Assembly (NCBI GenBank): GCA_963751275.1
Contig: CAVVTZ010000009.1
Location: 640,001 to 704,000, forward strand
Direction: 5' to 3'
Origin: an uncultured Gemmatimonadaceae bacterium
Lineage (GTDB): Bacteria > Gemmatimonadota > Gemmatimonadetes > Gemmatimonadales > Gemmatimonadaceae
Length of the DNA stretch: 64,000 nucleotides
Part shown: positions 48,427 through 61,879 of the stretch, piece by piece
Layout of the letters: each line of letters opens with the position of its first letter
Position numbering within the stretch: position 1 is the first letter of the stretch
The notes under the pieces: model-generated
The model's database searches: none
The model's input: the letters and a program-made list of their open reading frames with translations, nothing else
What the model was told of the DNA's origin: nothing
Made by a program: the position numbers and the translations under genes

Positions 48427-48611
48427 CCGGGATCCTGGCGGGCTGCGCGATCGCGCTTGGCGCGACGTTCTGGGTGCTGCGCCCGGTGTTCGCGCGCGCG
48501 CCGCGCGCCGTGCCGCGCGCTCTGCCGCGCGCGTGCCCCGCGTGCGGCGAGCCTCCCGCGGAGCTGGATGCGGTCTACTGCTCGAATTGTGGAGCGGCGC
48601 TGCCGCGTTAG
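48423..48611 (+). CDS. Small TM-anchored zinc-ribbon protein
   Basis: TM helix plus CPACG...DAVYCSNCGAAL; GTGA overlap. Confidence 0.75.
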   Translation: MTGILAGCAIALGATFWVLRPVFARAPRAVPRALPRACPACGEPPAELDAVYCSNCGAALPR

Positions 48612-50426
48612 AGCTCGGTGGTGTCGAGCCGGCGCAGCGCGACGGTGAGCGGCACGAACGTCGCGATCAGACAGATCAGCGCCGCGAAGCCGAACCCCCA
48701 GTACATCGACCCCGTGTCGAGCGGCAGGTTCAGCGCCTTCGCGCGCAGATAGCCGAGCACCGGCCGCGCTTCGAGCACCACGACGCTCGTGACGAGCAGC
48801 AGCGACACGATCATGAACACCAGGCCGCCGAACGACGTGGGGATCTGCGCGGCATTCTCCGTCTCGTACTGCGGGAAGACCGTGCCGAGCCCGAGCGCCA
48901 GGCCGGCGACCGCGAACGTGAGCAGCGTGATCGAGAAGATGGAGACCACGAAGATGAACTCGGTCACCTGCAGCAGCACGTCGGTGACGCCGACGATGGC
49001 GAGCGCGATGATCAGCAGCGGGAGCGTGCCGGTCCAGAACTTGGCCCAGAGCAGCTGGCGGATCTGCAGCGGACTGGACTTGAGCAGCCAGAGCGTGCGT
49101 CCCTCCATGCTCACGGCCGGGAAGATGAAGCGCGCCGCGATCGACGCGAGCACGAATCCCGCCAGGCCGAGGTTGCCCCACGGGATCACGTTCACGATGA
49201 GCAGCGTCATCCCGTTCCCGGAGAGCGGGAGCAGCTTGACATTGATCACGTAGACGACCACGAGCACGGCGATCAGGATCAGCTGCGACCACTGCGTGGG
49301 GTCGCGGAAGAAGACGCGGATCTCCTTGAGCACGAGCTCGCGGCGTAGCGGGCCGAGCGGGTCGAGCAGGCGCTGCATCGCGCTGCGCAGCCGGCTGCCG
49401 CGCACCCAGCGCTGGGCGCTCTCCTGCGCCTTGGAGAACCCCTCGGGATACATCCGCCAGTGCACGATCGCGCCGAACACGAGCGCGGCGGCGGCGGTGC
49501 TCCACAGCAGGTAGAAGGGCAGCGGATCGAAGCCGCCGTCGAGCCACGTCATGATGCCGCGCGCGCCCCACTCGCTCGGCAGATACGGCGACGACGGCGT
49601 GCGCAGCAGCGCGATGAAGTCCACCAGCGAGCGCACGCCTTCCGGGCGCGCGAGCAGTTCCGGGCGCATCAGCCGGAACAGGAGCACCACGCCCGCCGCG
49701 GACAGCACCGCCACCACGCTCAGGATGTCGCGCGTGCTGCGGGCCGGGAACGCGTTCACGAGCAGGTTCGTGGTGGCCGCGCCGATCACGGCGGGGATGA
49801 TCACGAACGGGATCCACACGGCGAGCGCGACGAGCACGAAGCCCCAGCCGGCGTGGTACACGTAGCCGTACGCGCCGAAGATCGGGATCGCCATGCCGGT
49901 GACCATCCAGCTCGAATGGCCCATGCTCTCGGTGAGCTTCGCCGAGTAGAGCGTGAGCCAGTCCACGGGCGCGCGAGACGAGCAGGTCGAGATCGCGCGC
50001 GAGGAAGAACGTCGAGAGCGATGTGATGACGTTCGACAGCAGGAGGATCATGAAGAAGCTGATGAACGCGAGGCTCAGCCCCTTGCCCGCGATCAGCGAG
50101 CCGATCTCCGGCGTGTTCTTGAGCGCGAACAGCACCTTCACGCCGAGGAACAGCACGAAGATCCAGAAGAGGAAGCCGATCGCCGCCACGATCGTCCAGC
50201 GCCAGCCGTGCGCCGCCTCGCCGCGCAGCATGCGGGCGCGCACGGTCTGCACCTTGGGCCGCATCACCTGCGCGTAGCTCGGATGCGGCACGAGGGTGTC
50301 GCCGCTCTCGAGCAGCACCGGCTGGCCGAGCGCCTTCTGCACCGCGAGCCGCGTCGTACTGCGGCGCGGCGCGGCGATCTCCCGCTCGCTCGCGGTCTCG
50401 CGCGGGCGGAACGGTTCGTCAGGCAT
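48608..50426 (-). CDS. ABC transporter permease, multi-TM (frameshift near 49975)
   Basis: Many TM helices; FLARDLDLL, LKEIRVFFRD, AVSMEGRTLWLLKSSP; overlaps the ATPase gene. Confidence 0.85.
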
Positions 50427-51186
50427 CCAGCACCTCGACCGTCTCCCGCGCGGCGTTCTCGCCGGTGAGACGCAGGAACAGCTCTTCGAGACCGCGTGCG
50501 CCCGCTTCCACGCTCGCGTACAGCTCCTGCATCGTGCCGGCCGCGCGAATGCGGCCGCCGTGGATGATCGCGATCCGGTCGCACAGACTCTCCGCGACCT
50601 CCATCGTGTGCGTGGACATCATGATCGTGTTGCCGCGCCCGACGTACTCGCGGAAGAGATCCTTCAGGATGCGCGCCGCCTTCGGGTCGAGCCCCACCAT
50701 CGGCTCGTCCACCACGATCACCTGCGGGCGGTGCAGGAACGCGCTGGAGATGATCAGCTTCTGCCGCATCCCGTGGCTGTAGCTCTCGACGAGCTCGTCG
50801 CGCCACTCGAGCAGATCGAAGAGCGCGAGCAGCTCGTGCGCGCGCCGTTCCACCAGATCGCCCGCCTGCCCGTACAATCCCGCGACGAAGCGCAGGAACT
50901 CCGCGCCGGTGAGCTTCTCGTAGATGAACGGCCGGTCGGGGATGTAGCCCATCATCGTCTTCGCCTCGGCGGGCTGGTCGACGATGTTCACGCCGCCGAT
51001 CGTGACCCACCCGGCGGTGGGGCGGAGGATGCCGGCGATCATGCGCAGCGTCGTCGTCTTCCCGGCGCCATTGGGGCCGAGGAATCCGACGATCTGGCCG
51101 CGCGGCACCTCGAGATCGATCGCGTCGACCGCGGTGAACGAGCCGTACTTCTTCGTGAGCCCCTTGATCTGGATCATCGGTTCCAT
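50419..51186 (-). CDS. ABC transporter ATP-binding protein
   Basis: GPNGAGKTT, YSHGMRQK, VVDEPMVGLDP, STH. Confidence 0.93.
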   Translation of the reverse strand: MEPMIQIKGLTKKYGSFTAVDAIDLEVPRGQIVGFLGPNGAGKTTTLRMIAGILRPTAGWVTIGGVNIVDQPAEAKTMMGYIPDRPFIYEKLTGAEFLRFVAGLYGQAGDLVERRAHELLALFDLLEWRDELVESYSHGMRQKLIISSAFLHRPQVIVVDEPMVGLDPKAARILKDLFREYVGRGNTIMMSTHTMEVAESLCDRIAIIHGGRIRAAGTMQELYASVEAGARGLEELFLRLTGENAARETVEVLDA

Positions 51187-51211
51187 CGGGTACCCGGGCA
51201 GAGTGGCGTGA

Positions 51212-52111
51212 TCACTTGCGGGGCGCCGCGATGCCCGCTGTTTGCGGCGGCGGCGCTCCGGGAGCCGGCAGGATCACCGGCGGATGTTCCTTGTTGTCGA
51301 GACTCCAATTCTGGAAGGCGATCTCATAGGCGGAACGGCGCAGCGTGAACTGGCCCATGGGCGATGCCTGCACCATGCGCCCTTTCTCGTCCACCCAGCC
51401 GTTCACCATGCCGCCCTCGGCCTGCTCCAAGCGCCACGCGCGCACGGTGTCCTGATGCACGGGCAGCCAGCGCAGGGTCACCGCGTCGAGCGAGGCGCTG
51501 TCGGTGACGACGAAGAGCGATTCGGCCTTCACCGTGACGGTCGCTTCCTCGATCGTGCCGCTGAGCGGATCGTACACGGTGTACGTGAAGCGCTTGCCGA
51601 CGTGCGGCCGCTGCTCGAGCACGAGCGCGAGCGGCACCGTCGTGGGCAGCATGAGCGGCCCGCGCAGCGGCACGCGCGTCGAGTCGGGCGCCGCGGTGCC
51701 GGCCGTCACCACCAGCAGCAGCGAGCTGTCGTGCTCCACGCGGCCAAAGACGGCGTAGGGCGTATAGGACCCGGTCAATTCGAAGTTGAAGTTCACGAGC
51801 TTCATCGCGCGCGAAAGATTCACCGTCGAGCGCGCGGCGAGACGCCGCACGCCTTGCGGCGACGGCAGGTCGGCCACGAGCAGTTCATTCAAGTGGATCC
51901 CCGTCGTCGACGTGTCGAGATTCGAGGACGCATAGCCGAGCCGCGTGCTGTCGCGGCTGAGCGCGTAGTACTCGGCGCCCGGCGCGAGGAGCAGCGCCGC
52001 CTGGGCGAGGCGCTCCGATTCACCGCGGTAGAGTTCGCGGCGCGCGAGCACCACCATGCCGGCCACCCACGCCGCGATGACGCTGGCGGCCACCGCCGCG
52101 CGCATGTTCAC
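51212..52111 (-). CDS. Hypothetical membrane-anchored beta-rich protein
   Basis: N-terminal TM; GTGA overlap with cutA; WVDEKGR near the C-terminus. Confidence 0.68.
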   Translation of the reverse strand: MNMRAAVAASVIAAWVAGMVVLARRELYRGESERLAQAALLLAPGAEYYALSRDSTRLGYASSNLDTSTTGIHLNELLVADLPSPQGVRRLAARSTVNLSRAMKLVNFNFELTGSYTPYAVFGRVEHDSSLLLVVTAGTAAPDSTRVPLRGPLMLPTTVPLALVLEQRPHVGKRFTYTVYDPLSGTIEEATVTVKAESLFVVTDSASLDAVTLRWLPVHQDTVRAWRLEQAEGGMVNGWVDEKGRMVQASPMGQFTLRRSAYEIAFQNWSLDNKEHPPVILPAPGAPPPQTAGIAAPRK

Positions 52112-52440
52112 AGTGTGAGCGCGGTCTCGCCGGCGATCCAGTCCAGATACCGCGCGAGGCCGGCCTGCACCGGCATCGCCAGCAGCTCCGGCACCTTGTA
52201 CGGGTGCAGCTCCGAGAAGGCCACCTCGAGCGCGTCGATCCGCGCGGCCTGCGTCTTCAAGAGCACCACCACTTCGCTCTCGTCCGCCACCTTCCCCTCC
52301 CAGCGGTAGAGCGAGCGCGCCCCGGGCAGGATCGTGCCGCACGCGATGAGCCGGCGCTCGAGGAGCGCCCGCACCAGCGTAGCCGCTTCATCGGCGTTCG
52401 CGACCGTGGTCAGCACGACCAGGGCGTCGGTCTTGGGCAT
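52108..52440 (-). CDS. cutA: Divalent-cation tolerance protein CutA
   Basis: [30 protein letters not shown]. Confidence 0.93.
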   Translation of the reverse strand: MPKTDALVVLTTVANADEAATLVRALLERRLIACGTILPGARSLYRWEGKVADESEVVVLLKTQAARIDALEVAFSELHPYKVPELLAMPVQAGLARYLDWIAGETALTL

Positions 52441-52610
52441 ACGTGTCGGCCAGGGTGTTGAGGAGCGGGACTCGCCAATCTACGCTTCCACGGAGCGCCG
52501 CGCGCCGTCGCGCCGCGGGCCATCTATAGACGAACCAACCTCCCCCAGGCAAGCCTCGGGCGCCGGGGGCGGCTTGTCTTGGACCCGCCCCCCGCCCACC
52601 TTTACAGATT

Positions 52611-55484
<2,874 letters not shown>

Positions 55485-55488
55485 CGCC

Positions 55489-56157
55489 ATGGTCTCGCTG
55501 CTCGACATCATCGGCCCCGTCATGGTGGGCCCCTCCAGTTCGCACACCGCCGGCGCCTGCCGCATCGGCCTGCTGGCGCGCGGCCTCGTGCGCGGCACCC
55601 CGCAGTCGGCGCACGTGGAGCTGCACGGCTCCTTCGCGCGCACCGGCGAGGGGCACGGCACCGACAAGGCGATCGCCGCGGGCCTGCTGGGGTTCCGACC
55701 CGACGACGTGCGTATCCGCGACGCGCTCGACATCGCCGAGCGCGAGGGGCTCGCCTACCGTTTCGAGAAGACCACGCTCTCCGATGACTCGCACCCGAAC
55801 ACCGTGCGCCTCTCGGTGACGCGCGGCGGCGAGACGCACGTCATCACCGCCTCCTCCATCGGCGCCGGCCGCATCGTGCTCAGCGAGATCGACGGCTACC
55901 CCGTGGAAGTGAACGGCAACCTCCACACGATCGTCGTCGTCGCCGAGGACCGGCCCGGCTCGGTGGCGCGCATCGCCGGCATCCTCGCGGAGGAGAAGGT
56001 GAATCTCGCCACGATGCGGCTCACGCGCCTCGCGCGCGGCGGCGACGCGTTCATGGTGCTCGAGTGCGACGACGCCGCGAGCGATCACGCGATCGATGCG
56101 ATCGAACAGCTCGACTGGGTGCGCTGGGCGCGCCGCCTCGACAAAGTGGGCGGCTGA
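55489..56157 (+). CDS. sdaAB: L-serine dehydratase beta subunit with ACT domain
   Basis: [38 protein letters not shown]. Confidence 0.93.
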   Translation: MVSLLDIIGPVMVGPSSSHTAGACRIGLLARGLVRGTPQSAHVELHGSFARTGEGHGTDKAIAAGLLGFRPDDVRIRDALDIAEREGLAYRFEKTTLSDDSHPNTVRLSVTRGGETHVITASSIGAGRIVLSEIDGYPVEVNGNLHTIVVVAEDRPGSVARIAGILAEEKVNLATMRLTRLARGGDAFMVLECDDAASDHAIDAIEQLDWVRWARRLDKVGG

Positions 56158-56158
56158 C

Positions 56159-57043
56159 ATGTACAAGTCGCTCGCCGATGCCATTCGCGATGCGGAGGCC
56201 GCCAAGGTCGCGCTCTCGCGCGTCGCGCTCGACGCCGAGGCGAAGGACCAGGGGCGCCCCGTGTCCGAGATCCGCGACGCGCTCCGCCGCGCGCTCGACG
56301 TGATGCGCGGCGCCGTCGAGCGCGGCATGGTCGGTGATCTCTACTCCGCGTCGGGCCTCGTCGGCGGCGACGCCGCCAAGCTCCGCACCGGGCCGAAAGG
56401 TCCGCTCGGCGACACGCTCTTCCGCGACGTGCTCGCGCGCGCGCTCTCGGTGCAGGAAGTGAACGCCGCCATGGGCGTGATCGTCGCGGCGCCCACCGCC
56501 GGCGGCGCGGGGGTCGTGCCCGCGGTGCTCACTGGTGTCGCCGCCGCGCGCGGGCTGAACGATGACAAGCTGATCGACGCGCTCGCCACCGCCGGCCTCA
56601 TCGGCGCCGTCGTCGCCGAGCGTGCGTCGCTCTCGGGCGCGGAAGGCGGCTGCCAGGCGGAAACGGGCGCCGCCGCCGCGATGGCCGCCGGCGCCACGGT
56701 CGAGATGCTCGGCGGCACGCCGTCGCAGGCGGGCCACGCGGTGGCGCTCACGATGCAGGGGATGCTCGGCCTCATCTGCGATCCGCTCGGCGGGCTGGTG
56801 GAACTCCCGTGCGTCTATCGCAACGCGACGGGATCGGCCATCGCGCTCGCCGGCATCGAGATGGCGATGGCCGGCGTCACCTTCGCGATCCCGGTGGACG
56901 AGGTGATCGACGTGATGGGCGAGGTGGGGCGCGGCATGGACGTCCGCTACCGCGAGACCGCGGGCGGCGGGCTCGCTGCGACGCCCACCGGGCGCCGCCT
57001 CGCGCGCGAGCGCCTCGTGCAGATCAAGCGCGCGGGCGAGTAG
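56159..57043 (+). CDS. sdaAA: L-serine dehydratase alpha subunit (Fe-S)
   Basis: EVNAAMG.IVAAPTAG, SGAEGGCQAE, GLICDPLGGLVELPC, RETAGGGLA. Confidence 0.93.
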   Translation: MYKSLADAIRDAEAAKVALSRVALDAEAKDQGRPVSEIRDALRRALDVMRGAVERGMVGDLYSASGLVGGDAAKLRTGPKGPLGDTLFRDVLARALSVQEVNAAMGVIVAAPTAGGAGVVPAVLTGVAAARGLNDDKLIDALATAGLIGAVVAERASLSGAEGGCQAETGAAAAMAAGATVEMLGGTPSQAGHAVALTMQGMLGLICDPLGGLVELPCVYRNATGSAIALAGIEMAMAGVTFAIPVDEVIDVMGEVGRGMDVRYRETAGGGLAATPTGRRLARERLVQIKRAGE

Positions 57044-57085
57044 CGGCGCGTCCGCTGTCCTTCCGCGCCGGCCGGCGCTATCTTC

Positions 57086-57113
57086 GAAACACGGGTATGC
57101 GCCCGGTCGTATA
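57086..57113 (+). promoter_or_regulatory. Candidate ECF sigma-factor promoter (GAAAC-N17-CGTATA)
   Basis: Matches the AAC/CGT ECF consensus; lies upstream of the chaperone-pspA operon. Confidence 0.45.
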
Positions 57114-57166
57114 GGGAACAGAGTCTCACGTCCCACACGCTGCACGACTGCAGCCACGGTGCATCC

Positions 57167-57571
57167 ATGGTATCGAAAGAGGACCTCGAAGGATTCCTCG
57201 AGCGGCTCGCGAACGAAGGAGCGAGCCACAACGAGATCAATCCCGGCATGTGGATCGTCAAGCCGAGCGGCGCGCTCGACGCGGATGTGGTCGTCCACTA
57301 TTCGCCGCCGGTCGTGCTGCTGCGCCTCAAGGTGATGGAGGTGCCGAAGGACAAGAAGTCGCACGAGAAGCTCTACCGCCGGCTGCTCGAGTTCAACGCG
57401 AGCGAGCTGGTGCACGGCTCGTACGGCATCGAAGGCAACGCGGTGGTGCTCACCGAGGCGCTCGAGCTCGGGCACCTCGACTATGAAGAATTCCTCGCCA
57501 GCTTCGAATCGATGACGCTCTCGCTCACCTCGCACATGCGCGAGCTGGCGCAGTTCCGCGAGGTACGCTGA
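57167..57571 (+). CDS. CesT/YbjN-like chaperone-fold protein
   Basis: Small acidic protein; LYRRLLEFNASELVHGSYGI...LDYEEF. Confidence 0.75.
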   Translation: MVSKEDLEGFLERLANEGASHNEINPGMWIVKPSGALDADVVVHYSPPVVLLRLKVMEVPKDKKSHEKLYRRLLEFNASELVHGSYGIEGNAVVLTEALELGHLDYEEFLASFESMTLSLTSHMRELAQFREVR

Positions 57572-57573
57572 CC

Positions 57574-58359
57574 ATGGGCATCTTCGACCGTTTGTCCTCC
57601 TTGTTCAGGTCGAACATCAATGATCTCATCTCCCGGGCCGAAGACCCGGAGAAGATGCTGCACCAGATCATCATCGACATGCGCACGCAGCTCGCGAAGG
57701 CCAAGCAGCAGGTGGCCGGCGCGATCGCGGACGAGAAGCGCCTGAAGGACCAGGTGGATGCCGAGTACAAGCTCGCGGCCGAGTGGGAATCGCGCGCGAT
57801 GCTGGCGGTGAAGGAAGGGCGCGACGATCTCGCCAAGCAGGCGCTCATGCGCAACAACGAGCACATGACGCACGCGCAGGGGCTCGACGCCACGTGGCAG
57901 CAGCACCAGGCCGAGACCGAGAAGCTCAAGAACTCGCTGCGCGATCTCAACGACAAGATCGAGGAAGCCAGCCGCAAGAAGAACCTGCTCATCGCGCGCC
58001 AGAAGCGGTCGGAGGCGCAGAAGCGCATCGCCGAGACGATGTCGTCGATGTCCGAGAAGTCGGCGTTCGAGGCGTTCTCGCGCATGGAAGCGCGCATCGA
58101 GGACAACGAGCGCAAGGTGATCGCCAACGTCGAGATCGATGAGGAGTTCAGCGGCGACCGGCTGGCCAAGGACTTCAAGGTGCTCGAGAAGGGCGCCGGC
58201 GCCGCGAGCGCCGAGGCGCAGCTCCTGGCGCTGAAGCAGAAGATGGGGATGCTCGGCGCGGGCTCGAGCGGGCCGGCCAAACGCATCGGCTCGGGCAAGG
58301 ACGCGGAGACCGTGCACGCCGAGATCGAGGACGCGCCGGGCGAGAAGAAGAAGGCATGA
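57574..58359 (+). CDS. pspA: PspA/IM30 family protein
   Basis: MGIFDRLS...SNINDLI..AEDPEKML, GRDDLAKQAL, FSRMEARI. Confidence 0.93.
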   Translation: MGIFDRLSSLFRSNINDLISRAEDPEKMLHQIIIDMRTQLAKAKQQVAGAIADEKRLKDQVDAEYKLAAEWESRAMLAVKEGRDDLAKQALMRNNEHMTHAQGLDATWQQHQAETEKLKNSLRDLNDKIEEASRKKNLLIARQKRSEAQKRIAETMSSMSEKSAFEAFSRMEARIEDNERKVIANVEIDEEFSGDRLAKDFKVLEKGAGAASAEAQLLALKQKMGMLGAGSSGPAKRIGSGKDAETVHAEIEDAPGEKKKA

Positions 58360-59465
58360 GCGGGCAGCCGGGCGAGCGGTCTCGTTACGGCGAGATCCTC
58401 GCAGCGGCTGTCCTCGTGGCGGTCGGGCTGTATGTGGTCGGACGCACGGCCGAGCTCTTCCTGCTCTTGTTGCTCGCCGTGCTGCTCGGGATCTTCCTCA
58501 GCGCGATCGCGGATGCCGTGGTGCGGTATGTGCACGCACCGCGCTGGGCCGCGCTCACGGCGGCGATCGCGATGACCGTGCTCCTCACGGCGGCGCTGGT
58601 CACCGCGCTGATCCCGCCGGTGCTCGAGCAGTTGCGCGCGCTCGCCGCGTCGCTGCCGGTGACGCTCGCCAATCTCGATGACGCCCTCGACGCGGCGATC
58701 GCGCGCGTGCCTGCGCTGGCGAACGCGTACCCGCCCGGCCAGCATCGCATGCTGCTCGCCCTCACCGACTGGGCGACCGGCATTGCCACCACGACGCCGA
58801 TGCGTCTCTTCAGCGTGACGCCGCAGGTGCTCGCGACGCTCTCCGTTGGCGTCATGGCGATCTATCTGGCCGCCGCGCCGGAGCGCTACGCGGATGCCGT
58901 CGTGCGTCTGGTCCCGCCGCGCGAGCGCGCCTTCGCGCGCAGCGTGCTGAGCGACCTGGGCGACTCGATGCGCGGCTGGATCGTCGGGCAGCTCATCAAC
59001 ATGGTGATCCTGGGCGCCATGATGGCCCTGGGGCTCAAGCTCCTTGGCGTGCCTTATTGGCTCGCGTTCGGCGCGTTCACGTTCGTCGCCGCGCTCGTGC
59101 CGTTCCTCGGCTCGCTCGCGTCCACGCTGTTGCCCGCGCTGGTGGTGTTCGGGAGCGACGGCAGCGTGGCGAAGGTGCTCTCCGTGCTCGCCCTCGGGCT
59201 GTTCGTGCAACTCTTCGAGGCGAACGTGCTCTCGCCGCTCGTCATGTCGGTGGAGGTCGAGCTCCCGCCGGTCGTCACCATGTTCGGCATCCTGCTCATG
59301 GGCGCATTGTTCGGGCCACTCGGCGTGCTCGCGGCGGTGCCGGTGATCGCCGTGCTCGACGTGCTTGCGCAGCGCATCGTCGTCGAGCGAATCTACCGGT
59401 CCGAACGATTCCGAGAACCGCTGCCGCCGCCTCCCGTGGAGCCGCCGGCCGCGCCCCAACCCTGA
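58356..59465 (+). CDS. AI-2E family (PerM-like) transporter
   Basis: WIVGQL, LGVPY, VPFLG, QLFEANVLSP, LFGPLGVLAAVP. Confidence 0.9.
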   Translation: MSGQPGERSRYGEILAAAVLVAVGLYVVGRTAELFLLLLLAVLLGIFLSAIADAVVRYVHAPRWAALTAAIAMTVLLTAALVTALIPPVLEQLRALAASLPVTLANLDDALDAAIARVPALANAYPPGQHRMLLALTDWATGIATTTPMRLFSVTPQVLATLSVGVMAIYLAAAPERYADAVVRLVPPRERAFARSVLSDLGDSMRGWIVGQLINMVILGAMMALGLKLLGVPYWLAFGAFTFVAALVPFLGSLASTLLPALVVFGSDGSVAKVLSVLALGLFVQLFEANVLSPLVMSVEVELPPVVTMFGILLMGALFGPLGVLAAVPVIAVLDVLAQRIVVERIYRSERFREPLPPPPVEPPAAPQP

Positions 59466-59478
59466 CTCTCCCGCCATC

Positions 59479-60564
59479 GTGCCGCGCGAATTGAAGTTCC
59501 TGATCCTCTGCGAAGGGCAGTTCGGTCCGCTCACGTCGAAGACCGCCAACTCCTGCATCCGCTATACGCCGGAGCGTGTGACCGGCGTGATCGATTCGCG
59601 CCGCGCGGGCAAGACATCGCAGCAGATCCTCGGCTTCGGCGGGAACATCCCGGTCGTCGCGAGCGTCGCGGCCGGCATGATGGCCGCTCCCCAGCCGAAC
59701 GCGCTGCTGATCGGCGTCGCGCCGATGGGCGGGAAGCTCCCGGCGGAGTGGCGCGCGATGGTGCTCGCGGCGATCGACCGCCGCCTCGAGATCTGGAGCG
59801 GGCTGCACACGTTCATTGGCGACGATCCGGAATTCGCTGCGCGCGCGAAGGAGCGCGGCGTCGCGATCCATGACCTGCGCAAGCCGCCGGCCGACATTCT
59901 CGTCGCGGGCGGGCGCGTGCGCGGGATCGCATCGACCGTGGTGCTCACCGTCGGCACCGACTGCAACATCGGGAAGATGACCGCCGCGCTGCAGGTGCGC
60001 GATGCGCTGCGCGCGCGCGACCTGAAGGTGCGCTTCGCGGGCACGGGGCAGACGGGCATCCTCATCGAAGGGTGGGGCACGGCGGTCGACGCGGTGATCG
60101 CCGACTTCATCGCGGGCGCCGCGGAGCGGCTCGTGCTCGAGGCCGCCGACGGCGCGGACATCGTGCTGGTGGAAGGACAGGGCTCGGTCATCCATCCCGG
60201 CTATTCGGGCGTGACGATGGGGCTGATCCATGGGTCGCTGCCGCACGCGATGGTGATGTGCCACCAGCCGTCGCGGAAGCACATCGGCAACAACACGTGG
60301 GTCACGATCCCGCCGCTGCCGGCGTTCATCAAACTCCACGAGGCGATCGTTGCGAACCTGCGCCCTGCGCCGGTGATCGCCGTGTCGCTCAACACGTACG
60401 ACCTCTCGCTGCGCGCGGCCAAGACCGCGATCGCGAAGACGCAGAAGTCCACGGGCCTGCCCACGACGGATCCGGTGCGCTTCGATCCGGGCCCGATCGC
60501 CGACGCGATCGACCGCTTCCATCGTCGCCGCACCAAGCGTCCCGCGAAGAAGCGCGCGCGCTGA
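59479..60564 (+). CDS. DUF1611 domain protein (DgcN-like, P-loop fold)
   Basis: KTA, GVAPMGG, SGLH, VGTDCNIGKMT, GTGQTG, VEGQGS..HPGYSG. Confidence 0.88.
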   Translation: MPRELKFLILCEGQFGPLTSKTANSCIRYTPERVTGVIDSRRAGKTSQQILGFGGNIPVVASVAAGMMAAPQPNALLIGVAPMGGKLPAEWRAMVLAAIDRRLEIWSGLHTFIGDDPEFAARAKERGVAIHDLRKPPADILVAGGRVRGIASTVVLTVGTDCNIGKMTAALQVRDALRARDLKVRFAGTGQTGILIEGWGTAVDAVIADFIAGAAERLVLEAADGADIVLVEGQGSVIHPGYSGVTMGLIHGSLPHAMVMCHQPSRKHIGNNTWVTIPPLPAFIKLHEAIVANLRPAPVIAVSLNTYDLSLRAAKTAIAKTQKSTGLPTTDPVRFDPGPIADAIDRFHRRRTKRPAKKRAR

Positions 60565-60877
60565 TCCCGCGGCGCGCACCGGTATGCGTGCGCGCGCAAT
60601 GATCCGATGACGGTCCGCGGACCGTTCCCGTTTATGCTGTCGCCACGATCCCAGCGGCGCGCTCGCCGAGCGCGTCGCTGGCGACCCCACCACCGGTGGC
60701 GCGTCGCGTCGTGGCGCCCGTAGCAGCGCCGACGCCCGCCGCCGGGGAGCGAGCCTCCGCGCCCGCGCCATGGTGAGGTCAGGCAGGGCATCGCCCGCGG
60801 CCGGCGCGCTCCGGTCGGCGACCAGCTGAGCTCATCAGCCCGTCGCGCGCACGCGGGAATTGCACGTGGAGTCACCA

Positions 60878-61805
60878 ATGCGATTCGCCACACTCGGCGG
60901 CGTTGCCGCCCTCGTTGTCGCGGGAGCGATCGTTGGTTGTTCCGATCAGACGGGCAGCACCGCTTCAGGCGTCACCGCGCCGCACGGACCGTTCGTCGAT
61001 GGGGCCCACTTCCGCATCCACGGCACCGCCAGCGTGAGCATCCGCGCGGGCGGCGGCGTGATCGCGCGCGCGCTGCCCGCGTGGACCGCGTCGGGCTCGC
61101 GCGCGCGACGGCGTCGTGCAGGATGAATCCGGGAATTCGCCGATGGGCGTGATCGCGCTGTCGGCCGCGCTCGTGCGGCCGAATGCGGGTAGCCGGCAGT
61201 CAGCGTTCACGGATGCCGCCGGAAATCAGATGACGGTCGTGATGACCGCCGGCCGGGATGGCGCGCCCATGCGCGCGATGCGCCTGTATCGGAACGGCGT
61301 GCTGCAGAGCGGCGCCGACTACGAGTGGGCGGCGGTCGCGGGCGGCTGGTCGCTCCGCTCGGTCACGCGGGTGCTGATGCGTGACGGGCAGGTCACCGCG
61401 CGGATCAACACGAACGCGGGCGGAGCGGTCGAGATGGCGTCGCGCGGCGGTGTGCGCGGCGCGCTCGCTGCACTGGGCGCGGTGTCGCGGCTGCTGACGC
61501 CGCGCGATCTCGCGGCGCAGGACATCTTCTCCGGCCAGTGCCGGAAGCAGGCACTGGACTTCTATGCTGCCGAAGCTGCGCTCTCGGCGGCGATCATCGC
61601 ATACGAATACAGTCCCTCGCCCGTGGGCGCACTCCTCGTCGCCGCCGCCACGGCGAAAGCGATCAGCGCCGAGATGGCCTACTGGCTGTGCCAGCAGAAT
61701 GTGGCGAACAAGCTGACGCCGATCGGCGGCCCGCCGCCCACGCCGATCGTCTGCGGGGACGCCGGTGTCAACGACCCCCTGTGCGGACCGCCCGAGATGA
61801 AGTAG
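60878..61805 (+). CDS. Hypothetical lipoprotein with a Cys-flanked hydrophobic C-terminal hairpin (frameshift near 61105)
   Basis: GGAG RBS; lipobox AIVGC; continues in ORF 61116-61805. Confidence 0.6.
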
Positions 61806-61879
61806 CTGGCAGGACACGCGCACGGCGCAAGCCCATGGCTGGCGCCGCGCGCGTGACACCATTACCCCGAGGTGAGATC

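Noticed and set aside
60565..60877. Structured RNA in the 310-bp gap
   Set aside because: Only weak GC-rich pairing, with no recognisable motif.
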